DNA from: Candidatus Saccharimonadota bacterium
GTDB taxonomy: Bacteria; Patescibacteriota; Patescibacteriia; 2-12-FULL-60-25
Direction: 5' to 3'
DNA: 32,000 nucleotides
Assembly (NCBI GenBank): GCA_022843095.1
Contig: JALHOH010000001.1
Coordinates: forward strand, 210,001-242,000
In this document: one piece after another, positions 15,501 through 22,424 of the stretch
Layout: every line of letters begins with the position of its first letter
Numbering within the stretch: the stretch's first letter is position 1
Program-made: the position numbers and the translations under genes
The notes under the pieces: model-generated
Database searches by the model: none
Seen by the model: the letters and a program-made list of their open reading frames with translations, nothing else
What the model was told of the DNA's origin: nothing

Positions 15501-18500
15501 CGAACGGAAACTTTGTGGCTGGGAACGGAACGAGCGTAAATATCGGAGGTGCAGGGATGTTCATGACCGGTTCTCAGTATGTCTATACAGTGACCGGCGA
15601 ATCCGCTGAACTCTCAAATCCCTCGCATTTGTTTGTATCGACGGATGGCAACCAGAGAGACGTTGCGCATTTCCTACATCAGCCATCAGGAAACCGCACT
15701 CGATTTGCCTATGATGGAAGTATCTATGCTGATGGATACGTTACAAGCTCCCAAGGATTCCGCGTTGGGAATGTCACGCTCGGCGCGACAACGCTTTCGC
15801 CTTCCGTCGGAAGTTACACCATCAGTTCTCCAAGCGGGACGATCATTAACGATATCCGAAGTCGTGGCTATAACATGGTAAAACGGGGAGCGGTGACCTT
15901 TGACGGATCATTGGGTGGGTCAGTCGACGCCGGGAAGATCCTCGTCTCGGGTAGAAATGCCTTTATTGCGAACAAGACCTCGGGCACCGTAAGCATCGTA
16001 GATATTCAGGATCCGGATGCCCCGCGGTTCGTGACCTCGACCTACGTCGTGGCCGGTGCCGGTGATGAGGTCCGAAATATCCGGACGGACGGGAAATATC
16101 TCTATGCGGGGACAAATGTCGGAACCGTTCGGATCTTTGATGTTCGTGCACCAGGGCAACCGGTGTTTGTAGGGTCCGCAACGCTCACGAGCGCAGGGAC
16201 GGTAACGGCGATCGAGGTCCAAGGGAACTCGCTCTACGCCATCTTGGGGGGAGGGGTGCTTGAAACCTTTGATGTCAGTAATCGAGCAAGTCCCGTCCTC
16301 ACGAGCTCGACGACGTCGCTTGTCGCGGGTCGTGATTTGGTGGCGGTTGGTGGACGTCTCTATATTGGTGGCGACGATTATTTCTCTGTTTTCTCACTGG
16401 ACAACCCACGCGCGCCACAGCTGCTCGCGCTTTTGCCGACTCCCGGGGTATCCAACTTCTATCTGGCAGCGCAGGGGAGTTATGTCTACACCGTAGACAT
16501 TTTTACCGTGACAAGCTCGGTCTACGACGTTTCCAGTTCCACGAATCCGTTCCGTGCCGCAGTGTATTCTACGCAAGGGCGTATCTCGCTTGCAGGCCGA
16601 ACGGCATATAGTCCGGCGTTGGAAACGTCTCGGATGCGCATCATGGATGTGACGGATCCGTATGATATCGACGGATCGCCCTCCTCTACGATTCAGATCG
16701 ATGCGACTCATACGGTGAAAGATGTGATGCCACAGGGGCGTTACGCGTATGTCCTTAGTGCGGCGAATAGTACCAATGGGCCAAATACGCTAACCGTGGT
16801 CGATGTGGGCGGAGTTGATACGAGTAATCTGACGGCAGATGTGGCTCAGCTCGGATGGCTCGATGTTTCTTCCGACGGGTTTATCTCGAACGATTTGTTT
16901 GTCGGTGGAGCGATTTCCGCAGGTCAAGGATTAAGTGTTGGCGGATCTTTCTCCGTGGTCGCCTCTAGTACCTCCAGCACGGCAAAGTTCGTGAACACCG
17001 CCTCGTTTTCAGATGGAAACCAGAATACAGGCGGAACAGAATGGGGGGCCTATATCAACTCGCTTCTTGTAGGGAGTAAGGAGAACGCAACGGGTTCGCG
17101 TGATTATGCGATGGTCGTGAATTATCGATCGAGTGGCGGTACGAGCGATGGGGTGTGTATTTCTCAAGATTCGCTTTTCTGCCCGTATTCGTCTTCCACG
17201 CAGGTTGTTTCACTGATTACGGACAGAGCCATTGTTTCAGACGGGTTTGACCTCGCGGAACTGTATCCATCATCGGGTGCAGTTGAACCGGGTGATGTCT
17301 TGGTTCTGGATTCGATGGCCTCAACCACGGTGCGACGTGCTCCGGGTGTGCAATACGATCCGCAGCTGATCGGGGTGTATTCCACGCGTCCGGCATTTCA
17401 ATTGGGGGCAACGGGAGGGATTCCGGTCGCACTCACAGGGCGCGTTCCGACCAAGGTTTCTGCTGTGAATGGGGCGGTAAGTATTGGTGATGCGCTTACC
17501 TCTTCGCCTTTTGCAGGGTACGCGATGAAGGCGACCAAACCCGGAAAGATTCTTGGATATGCGTTGGAGTCCGCGGCTGTAACCTCGACAATTGAAGCGT
17601 TCGTGAATGTCGGATATTCAGGCGGCCGAACATTGGCCGTGGATGCGACCGGACAGATTGCACAATTGCAGGATCACCTGTTCGTCGCCCCGACCACCAC
17701 CGCAAGTGCGGGCAATCCATTTGTTGGATCGTGGGCACTTACCTTCCGCGGGAGCGCGTGGGATGGGTCACAGGCGGTGGATCGGGACTTTGCCTTCGCG
17801 AATGAAGTGCTGTCCGCAACATCCGCGCGGTTGACCTTGCGCGGCCCGTCCTCGTCACAGGTTTTCAGCGTGGATGAATCCGGAAACGCGCGCGTGAGTC
17901 AGGATTTGTTGATCGGTGGCAAGTTGTATCCCTCTGCGGCAGGGTCGATGCAGAGCGACAAATACATCTTCTTGGACACGTCCGGTGGACCATCCTCGAC
18001 CTACATGGCGACGAATGCGGACGGATGGCAGGCCAACACCTCCTACGACTTCGCGGAACGGTACTACTCGCCGGATGCGCTTGAACCGGGAGATCTGGTC
18101 GTCGCGTCCGATCGCGGTCGGTTGCACGTCCAGCGTTCCTTGGACGAAAAGACGCCACTCCTTGGGATCGTCTCCACTAAACCGGCATTCATCGCCGGGG
18201 CACCTGCGACCAGTACCTACCCGATCGCGCTCGCCGGTCGTGTGCCGACCAAGGTGTCGACCATGAAGGGGGCGGTGAAAATCGGTGATCCGCTTGCGCC
18301 GTCAACCATTCCGGGGATCGCGGTCAAGGCAAAGGAATCCGGTCCGATCGTTGGGTACGCCCTGGAAGCCTATGACGGAGTCGGTATTGGGAAGATCGAG
18401 GTATTCGTAAATCCAGGATATTGGGGCAAACCGGATGAACCGACGACGCCTGCTGCGGATGCGAATGTCACGGTCACGAAGTCAGGAAGCGGCTATCGCG

Positions 18501-18985
18501 GTTTTGCCACGATTACCGCCGGGATGAAGCGGGTACGCGTGACCTATCCTTCCATCCATAGCTATCCAAACGTCCAGGTAACGCCACGCGGATCGGTCGA
18601 TGGAGGATGGTGGACGGATCATTACTCAGACGTCGGATTCGACATTCTCTTCCGTGACGCGCAGTTGCACGATGTCACCTTCTCCTGGCGCGTGGATGTG
18701 ACAGAAGATGGCCAAACGGTCTTCTTCTCGGACGGAACGACGGCGCCGATTGATCCATTAACCGGTCAGGCGGTGAATGGCGGGGAGCCAGAACCTGTTG
18801 CGCCACCGGTCGCACCCGCGCCTGCTCCTAGCGCTGTTCAGCCGGAGCCCGTTCCAGAAGAGCCAGCCGTCGAAGAAGAGACGCCTGTTGTTCCGGAACC
18901 GGTTGTTGTTCTGCCAACACCGGTCGAAGTCACGACAGAGGTGCCGGTCGAGCCGCTTACGCCGCCGACCGAGCCAGCCCCATAA
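12560..18985 (+). CDS. Giant secreted modular surface protein B (2141 aa), paralog of A: signal peptide, INYQ-type N-terminal domain, 2 stalk modules, 2 LVIVD-type 7-bladed propellers, tandem Peptidase_G2-like domains, Pro/Glu-rich tail
   Basis: This is an uninterrupted 6.4-kb ORF. Its N-terminus is MRVSHLFARASSVFAAAILGVSLVLSGLIQFGEVEA|ANGINRQINYQAKL. It is collinear with A over the first ~290 aa and over the ~600-aa C-terminal region upstream of the Pro-rich tail. The stop is TAA at 18983-18985. Confidence 0.92.
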   Translation: MRVSHLFARASSVFAAAILGVSLVLSGLIQFGEVEAANGINRQINYQAKLSDSSGFPVADGQYAIKFSLYAAASGGTPLWTASGTTASPNAVTTTLRNGLFTVLLGDTSASGGSQNPLNDLIDWNSDSLYLGVTIGTDSEMTPRKRLASTPYAFNAERLQGMSASGTAFGTSSQFVVNQTSQTAATGTRSALEVRSSGISDANDFLIRGINSSGTAAFQVNRQGNVTTTGYIVSTSTATSTFYGAVSSSRGVFDQSLQVNGQLVCLADGTNCQPASGDSNWAYNASGGLVRLTTSTNDLVLGSTATSTGAPIYADLSGGTAGTSTVYFGHATNTNVVIGGTSTTQSGLNDLFTMNGNDLLVTGNIGSVSSVYTNGAFVAGTNSTYYQDMGIVASGTGFYVIRNHKDWPGPSGAIVMDADAPTQDYITIFSTQGQFVSYVDYTGAYVVGSSTTYGATDITRQYGAFTLNAGSGTYVNDLRSTSYRVERRGSISTSPAITGGGIGAGGTALAVSGRYAFVANRTSSSISVIDVSNPDAPKQVTTTALSAQPRDLTVVGNTLYVAGDSTGAFFTLDISDPARPRLLDSVGAGSLYSVSVQGGYAYTADFGSNFIRVYDVSNPTDILTATSVSVSAPRAVLALGKFLYAVNGSNFFIYDISVPHAPVLMGTYASAGTLESIDIDGRYAYVGRSGATSGLILDIASSTNPYAVGSLDCFPTGCTDVAAHGRFVYTNRTSDGFGFRIFDVLDPTSPQTITFTNPLVSGYMNDVVVSGRYLYALRSFDNVETGTSSLTIVDLGGIEAATLAAHSAEVGKLQVRTDGFVGNHLDVMGSLAVGRGGIQTDGPLSVSATGTTSTIQGALNVFGGLFQGGVRVCLADGTNCQAGGGSDSNWTYVGATGLVRLTTSTNDLVIGSTATSTGAPIYADLSGGTAGTSNIYFGHATNTNVILGGTSTTHPLNAMFTMNGDDFLVTGNIGSVSSVYTNGNFVAGNGTSVNIGGAGMFMTGSQYVYTVTGESAELSNPSHLFVSTDGNQRDVAHFLHQPSGNRTRFAYDGSIYADGYVTSSQGFRVGNVTLGATTLSPSVGSYTISSPSGTIINDIRSRGYNMVKRGAVTFDGSLGGSVDAGKILVSGRNAFIANKTSGTVSIVDIQDPDAPRFVTSTYVVAGAGDEVRNIRTDGKYLYAGTNVGTVRIFDVRAPGQPVFVGSATLTSAGTVTAIEVQGNSLYAILGGGVLETFDVSNRASPVLTSSTTSLVAGRDLVAVGGRLYIGGDDYFSVFSLDNPRAPQLLALLPTPGVSNFYLAAQGSYVYTVDIFTVTSSVYDVSSSTNPFRAAVYSTQGRISLAGRTAYSPALETSRMRIMDVTDPYDIDGSPSSTIQIDATHTVKDVMPQGRYAYVLSAANSTNGPNTLTVVDVGGVDTSNLTADVAQLGWLDVSSDGFISNDLFVGGAISAGQGLSVGGSFSVVASSTSSTAKFVNTASFSDGNQNTGGTEWGAYINSLLVGSKENATGSRDYAMVVNYRSSGGTSDGVCISQDSLFCPYSSSTQVVSLITDRAIVSDGFDLAELYPSSGAVEPGDVLVLDSMASTTVRRAPGVQYDPQLIGVYSTRPAFQLGATGGIPVALTGRVPTKVSAVNGAVSIGDALTSSPFAGYAMKATKPGKILGYALESAAVTSTIEAFVNVGYSGGRTLAVDATGQIAQLQDHLFVAPTTTASAGNPFVGSWALTFRGSAWDGSQAVDRDFAFANEVLSATSARLTLRGPSSSQVFSVDESGNARVSQDLLIGGKLYPSAAGSMQSDKYIFLDTSGGPSSTYMATNADGWQANTSYDFAERYYSPDALEPGDLVVASDRGRLHVQRSLDEKTPLLGIVSTKPAFIAGAPATSTYPIALAGRVPTKVSTMKGAVKIGDPLAPSTIPGIAVKAKESGPIVGYALEAYDGVGIGKIEVFVNPGYWGKPDEPTTPAADANVTVTKSGSGYRGFATITAGMKRVRVTYPSIHSYPNVQVTPRGSVDGGWWTDHYSDVGFDILFRDAQLHDVTFSWRVDVTEDGQTVFFSDGTTAPIDPLTGQAVNGGEPEPVAPPVAPAPAPSAVQPEPVPEEPAVEEETPVVPEPVVVLPTPVEVTTEVPVEPLTPPTEPAP
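13349..13699 (+). repeat. Stalk (S) module copy B1
   Basis: The translation reads LVCLADGTNCQPASGDSNWAYNASGGLVRLTTSTNDLVLGSTATSTGAPIYADLSGGTAGTSTVYFGHATNTNVVIGGTSTTQSGLNDLFTMNGNDLLVTGNIGSVSSVYTNGAFVAG. The first Cys codon is at 13352. Confidence 0.9.
14070..14950 (+). other. Propeller block B-P1: seven LVIVD-type blades
   Basis: Blades include GRYAFVANRTSSSISVIDVSNPDAP, GNTLYVAGDSTGAFFTLDISDPARP, GGYAYTADFGSNFIRVYDVSNPTD, GKFLYAVNGSNFFIYDISVPHAP, GRYAYVGRSGATSGLILDIASSTNP, GRFVYTNRTSDGFGFRIFDVLDPTSP and GRYLYALRSF...SLTIVDLGG. Confidence 0.8.
15173..15523 (+). repeat. Stalk (S) module copy B2
   Basis: The translation reads RVCLADGTNCQAGGGSDSNWTYVGATGLVRLTTSTNDLVIGSTATSTGAPIYADLSGGTAGTSNIYFGHATNTNVILGGTSTTHPLNAMFTMNGDDFLVTGNIGSVSSVYTNGNFVAG. 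The first Cys codon is at 15176. Confidence 0.9.
15930..16813 (+). other. Propeller block B-P2: seven LVIVD-type blades
   Basis: Blades include GRNAFIANKTSGTVSIVDIQDPDAP, GKYLYAGTNVGTVRIFDVRAPGQP, GNSLYAILGGGVLETFDVSNRASP, GGRLYIGGDDYFSVFSLDNPRAP, GSYVYTVDIFTVTSSVYDVSSSTNP, GRTAYSPALETSRMRIMDVTDPYD and GRYAYVLSAA...TLTVVDVGG. Confidence 0.75.
17246..17617 (+). other. Peptidase_G2-like domain, copy B-1
   Basis: The translation reads FDLAELYPSSGAVEPGDVLVLDSMASTTVRRAPGVQYDPQLIGVYSTRPAFQLGATGGIPVALTGRVPTKVSAVNGAVSIGDALTSSPFAGYAMKA. Confidence 0.45.
18044..18424 (+). other. Peptidase_G2-like domain, copy B-2
   Basis: The translation reads YDFAERYYSPDALEPGDLVVASDRGRLHVQRSLDEKTPLLGIVSTKPAFIAGAPATSTYPIALAGRVPTKVSTMKGAVKIGDPLAPSTIPGIAVKA...GKIEVFVNPGYW. 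Confidence 0.45.
18780..18982 (+). repeat. Pro/Glu/Val-rich low-complexity C-terminal tail of giant protein B
   Basis: The translation reads GGEPEPVAPPVAPAPAPSAVQPEPVPEEPAVEEETPVVPEPVVVLPTPVEVTTEVPVEPLTPPTEPAP. Confidence 0.9.
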
Positions 18986-19011
18986 CCACCCGCCCGCGCG
19001 GGTGGTTTTTG
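18984..19011 (+). terminator. Strong Rho-independent terminator after giant gene B
   Basis: A perfect 8-bp GC-rich stem, CCACCCGC (18986-18993) / GCGGGTGG (18998-19005), closes a 4-nt loop (CCGC). TTTTT follows at 19006-19010. Confidence 0.85.
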
Positions 19012-19050
19012 ATCCCACCGGACCCGTGGTATGATGCGAAGGATCTCCGT

Positions 19051-21549
19051 ATGCCTTCATTGACCCGTGATCCGTCTCCGACGCCTATCGCGTCCGTTGT
19101 GGAACCAGCGCCTGCCTATCCACTCCTTGCCGTGTTGCTTGGGCGTCTCATGGACATCGCGTTTCACGCGGTGGCGTTCTTGATCCCGCTTGTCGTTTGC
19201 ACGGCGGCGCAAGATGCCGTTGAGCTCCCCAAGCAAACGGTCTTGGTCGCCGCGGCGGCCGTTGCGGCAATTGCATGGATCGGTCGTGTTGTCGCAGAAA
19301 AACGTGTTGCCATTACACGTAACTGGGTCCACTTGGTGGCTGTGGTGTGGCTTGTCGCGTACGCCGTGCTTTCATTTACTTCAGTCGATCGTGGAACCTC
19401 GCTGTGGGGGAGCATGGGGCAGGCATCCTGGTCATTCGCGACCATGGCGAGCTTGGTCGTCCTCTACAGCGTGCTCGTGAATCGTGTTCGATCAACGACG
19501 CAGGTATACAACCTGTTGTTTAGCTTTTTGCTTGGATCAGGGCTTGCGGCTGGGTATGGGGTGTTGCAGTTGTATGCGGGAACGGCCTTTTCGTTTGGGA
19601 TCGCCGGCGCAAGTGGGGTGACCACCATCGGAACGGTTTTTGCACTTTCCATGCTTGCGTCTGTCACGACCGTCATCGCTGCCGGACTTGCGTTTCATGG
19701 ATGCAAGAATCATGTCTGCGCCTTAGGAGAGCCGGGGGTGCTTGGCAACATCGCGCGCGGAATTACGGTTGGATCCGGAATTCTTTCGCTCCTTGTTCTT
19801 GTGCGCGTGGATTTTTGGGGAGCATGGCTTGCGGTGTTGGTTGGAACGGTTTGCACCGTGTTGATGGGGTTCTGGAAGGGCGGCCGCCTGTTCGAAACCA
19901 AACGATTGATCGCGCCGGCGTTTCTGGCCTTGGTTTCATTGGTCATGCTCTTCGTCCGTCTTCCCTGGCCGACCACGGTTCCGGGAGAACTCGCCCCTTC
20001 GGCGAAGGCAAGTTGGTTGATCGCGCAATCCGCCTTGAAAGAGCATCCAGTTTTGGGGACCGGCCCGGGGACGTGGGTGTATAGCTACGCCAAGTACCGC
20101 GTGCAAATCATCAATGAATCGCCGCTGTGGAACGTGCGTTTTGAACGCGGCTCAAGCGCCTTCCTGACATTGCTCGCGACCATTGGGATTCTTGGGGTTT
20201 CGTTGTGGGTGTTACTTCTGGGATCGGTTCTGGTCAAAACAATTGCCCATTATCGGGAGGAAACCAACGAAGACGTCCAAACGGCGATTGCGGTTGTGAG
20301 CGGGGGATGGATTGCGCTCGCGTTTTCTGGATTCGTGTACAACTACAACGTGGCGCATCAAACCGTCTTTTGGCTGCTGCTTGCCCTGTTGGGGGCGCTC
20401 ATGACTCGCCAGGTGTTGGTTTGGGATGGGCGTAAAGCGGCGGGGACTTCCGGAGCATTTGGGATCGCGTTTCTTATCATCACCGTGGTTGCCTGTTCAA
20501 GTGCGTGGGTTGCCGGTCAGCGCATGTACGCAGAACGTGTGTTTACGCAGGCACTTCGAACGTTCCAGGGCGGTGCGACGATCGACACGGTTTTGCCTGA
20601 ATTTGAGCGCGCGGTTTCGTTGAATGCAGCAAGTGATTTGTATCTTCGTAATCTCTCGCAAGCGCTTCTGGTCAAAGCCTCGCTCTTGATGAAAGACGGG
20701 GCAACGCCAGACGTGTTTGCGAATCAAGTGCGTCCGATTGTGGCGCGGTTGATTGAACTTGGAATCCGGGCCCGAGAATTGAACCCTTCCAACGTCGATA
20801 ACTGGTCAAACTTGGCATTCTTGTACCAAAGCATCGCCTCATTTTCTGCCGGAGCAGACGAACATGCGATCAAGCAGTATCGCGAGGCAGCCGTGCGTGA
20901 ACCCAACAACCCTGTCTATCTCACCGAAGTCGGAAAGCTGTATATCTTGCGAGCGGATGCCTATCGCGCGCAGTTGCAGGCGAAGGATCCAAAGGCGGTT
21001 GAGATCGCACGCGCATCCATTGCGGAAAACTTGCGTGATGCTCGTGCGGCATTGGAAGAGGCGACGCAGTTGATGGGGACCTTTTTCCCGGCGCGTTATC
21101 ACCTAGCCGTAGTCAATGAACGCGAAGGACGCATTGGGGATGCGATCGCGCAATTGACGGCCGCGGCGCAAACGCGACGTTCCGATGCGGGGTTAGCGTT
21201 TGAGCTTGCCATGCTGCACTACCGCTCAAGCTACATGACGCAAGACGTAAAACAGCGCGCAGCGCGCCAAGATGCAGCGCGGCAGTTGTTGGATCAGATT
21301 GCTGGATTTGATCCGTCGCGTGTGAACGCTCGCTGGTATTTGGCGGCGCTTCATGAAGAACGCGGGGAGGGCGCTCAGGCGATCGGTCACCTGGAGGCGT
21401 TGATGAAACTGGTCAGCGGTCCTGAACGCGAGTTGGTGAAGGCAAAATTAGAGGCATTCAAAAAGCAATCTCCAAAGGCCGGTCCGCGTCCGATGCCAGA
21501 GCCGTTGCGTGAACGGGTGGTTACGGATGGGCAATCGGGTGTTCGGTAA
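19051..21549 (+). CDS. Polytopic O-antigen-ligase-like (Wzy_C-type) membrane protein with C-terminal TPR repeats
   Basis: The first ~500 aa contain at least 10 hydrophobic segments. Motifs typical of this family in small-genome bacteria are present (LSFTSVDRGTSLWGS...; HPVLGTGPGTWVYSYAKYR). The C-terminal ~330 aa (nt ~20520-21480) is a helical repeat with TPR-like Y/A/L spacing. The longest ORF starts at 19009, inside the upstream terminator stem, so ATG 19051 is preferred. Confidence 0.6.
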   Translation: MPSLTRDPSPTPIASVVEPAPAYPLLAVLLGRLMDIAFHAVAFLIPLVVCTAAQDAVELPKQTVLVAAAAVAAIAWIGRVVAEKRVAITRNWVHLVAVVWLVAYAVLSFTSVDRGTSLWGSMGQASWSFATMASLVVLYSVLVNRVRSTTQVYNLLFSFLLGSGLAAGYGVLQLYAGTAFSFGIAGASGVTTIGTVFALSMLASVTTVIAAGLAFHGCKNHVCALGEPGVLGNIARGITVGSGILSLLVLVRVDFWGAWLAVLVGTVCTVLMGFWKGGRLFETKRLIAPAFLALVSLVMLFVRLPWPTTVPGELAPSAKASWLIAQSALKEHPVLGTGPGTWVYSYAKYRVQIINESPLWNVRFERGSSAFLTLLATIGILGVSLWVLLLGSVLVKTIAHYREETNEDVQTAIAVVSGGWIALAFSGFVYNYNVAHQTVFWLLLALLGALMTRQVLVWDGRKAAGTSGAFGIAFLIITVVACSSAWVAGQRMYAERVFTQALRTFQGGATIDTVLPEFERAVSLNAASDLYLRNLSQALLVKASLLMKDGATPDVFANQVRPIVARLIELGIRARELNPSNVDNWSNLAFLYQSIASFSAGADEHAIKQYREAAVREPNNPVYLTEVGKLYILRADAYRAQLQAKDPKAVEIARASIAENLRDARAALEEATQLMGTFFPARYHLAVVNEREGRIGDAIAQLTAAAQTRRSDAGLAFELAMLHYRSSYMTQDVKQRAARQDAARQLLDQIAGFDPSRVNARWYLAALHEERGEGAQAIGHLEALMKLVSGPERELVKAKLEAFKKQSPKAGPRPMPEPLRERVVTDGQSGVR

Positions 21550-21554
21550 TCCCT

Positions 21555-22241
21555 ATGTCTGCCTGGTGGCGCCGTTTTCTTGATCGATTCCGGGGAACTG
21601 CCGCGGAAGGGGGTTCGGATCGTCACGCGGAAGCGCAGGAGTTTGGTGCGCTTTCGCAGTCGTTCCAGGAAAGTCGCGCCGCGATTGAGGCGCGTCTTGT
21701 GGCATGCGTGGATGCGTTAGAAAAAGGGGGTGGCGATCGTCGTGCGCTCCATGCGCTCCGGGAAGAGCGTGCGCGTTTGAGGCAGCTGGTGCAGCGTCTT
21801 GCTCTGGCGGAATCGACAACGGCGGAGCTGCAGCAGGAGTGGGAAGACTGGCGCCAATACGCCGGCCGACTGGATTCAGAAGGGGAGCATCGCCGTCTGG
21901 AACGGATGGAGTTGCTTCGTTCCGAGCTCGCGCTTCGAGGGATTCGCCTTGCGGTGGATCCAGCGCCTCAAGAATCGTACGTCACCTCCGGACGTGGGTT
22001 GAATGTGGAATCCGCGTCAGATGAGCCCGTGGATGATGTCGTGGACAAGGTGCACGCCGTGGTTCGGGATGACCTTTCTGAGGTGCGAACATTTGTTCTT
22101 CCGGCGTTGGAGAAAGAAATCGAGGCCTCGTGTCCCGCGACCGGTTGCACGGAACGGGATGCGGAGCGTTGGATGGCGGCTGTTGCACGCCATCAGCGCC
22201 GCGTACATGGCGTTCACCGCCTGTTGTCGCGTACGCATTGA
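21555..22241 (+). CDS. Hypothetical soluble protein, Arg/Glu-rich, probably coiled-coil
   Basis: The ATG lies 5 nt after the upstream TAA, so the two genes look coupled. The protein is 228 aa with no TM segment. It has heptad-like charged helices (RALHALREERARLRQLVQRLALAESTTAELQQEWEDWRQ). I recognise no family. Confidence 0.5.
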   Translation: MSAWWRRFLDRFRGTAAEGGSDRHAEAQEFGALSQSFQESRAAIEARLVACVDALEKGGGDRRALHALREERARLRQLVQRLALAESTTAELQQEWEDWRQYAGRLDSEGEHRRLERMELLRSELALRGIRLAVDPAPQESYVTSGRGLNVESASDEPVDDVVDKVHAVVRDDLSEVRTFVLPALEKEIEASCPATGCTERDAERWMAAVARHQRRVHGVHRLLSRTH

Positions 22242-22295
22242 CGCGTTTGCGGGCGTTTGGCATAGTTTGCGAGCAAAACAAAGCCCTTACACGTC

Positions 22296-22371
22296 GGGCC
22301 CTTAGCTCAGCTGGTAGAGCGCTTCCATGGCATGGAAGAGGTCAGCGGTTCGATCCCGCTAGGGTCCACCA
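22296..22371 (+). tRNA. tRNA-Ala (anticodon GGC), CCA end encoded
   Basis: The cloverleaf reads directly as GGGCCCT TA GCTC AGCTGGTA GAGC G CTTCC ATGGCAT GGAAG AGGTC AGCGG TTCGATC CCGCT AGGGTCC A CCA. The G3:U70 alanine identity pair is present, and the anticodon loop is AT-GGC-AT. Confidence 0.97.
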
Positions 22372-22376
22372 TGACG

Positions 22377-22403
22377 AAAACCCACCTACAAAAGGTGGGT
22401 TTT
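22377..22403. terminator. Bidirectional Rho-independent terminator between tRNA-Ala (+) and the convergent PNPOx-like gene (-)
   Basis: The sequence is AAAA CCCACCT acaaa AGGTGGG TTTT: a 7-bp stem (22381-22387 / 22393-22399) flanked by an A-run and a T-run. Confidence 0.8.
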
Positions 22404-22424
22404 CGAATTGCAGAAACACGGGCG

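Noticed and set aside
4190-15523. I considered whether the five ~360-bp repeats are a CRISPR-like array or a template/variable-repeat pair of a diversity-generating retroelement.
   Set aside because: The repeats are in-frame coding modules 1.6-1.8 kb apart. Their differences are mostly synonymous third-position changes of all base types rather than adenine-specific. No reverse transcriptase or cas gene is present.
3395-18985. I considered whether the giant genes are prophage tail-fibre genes.
   Set aside because: The window has no integrase, terminase, capsid, portal, baseplate or lysis genes. Both proteins carry Sec-type signal peptides, and the flanks are ordinary chromosomal genes. The phage-like elements look like domains borrowed into cellular surface proteins.
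19009-19050. The longest-ORF start of the Wzy_C-like gene is at 19009.
   Set aside because: That start lies within the T-run of the strong terminator 18984-19011, and the first 14 codons are not membrane-protein-like. The in-frame ATG at 19051 is more plausible.
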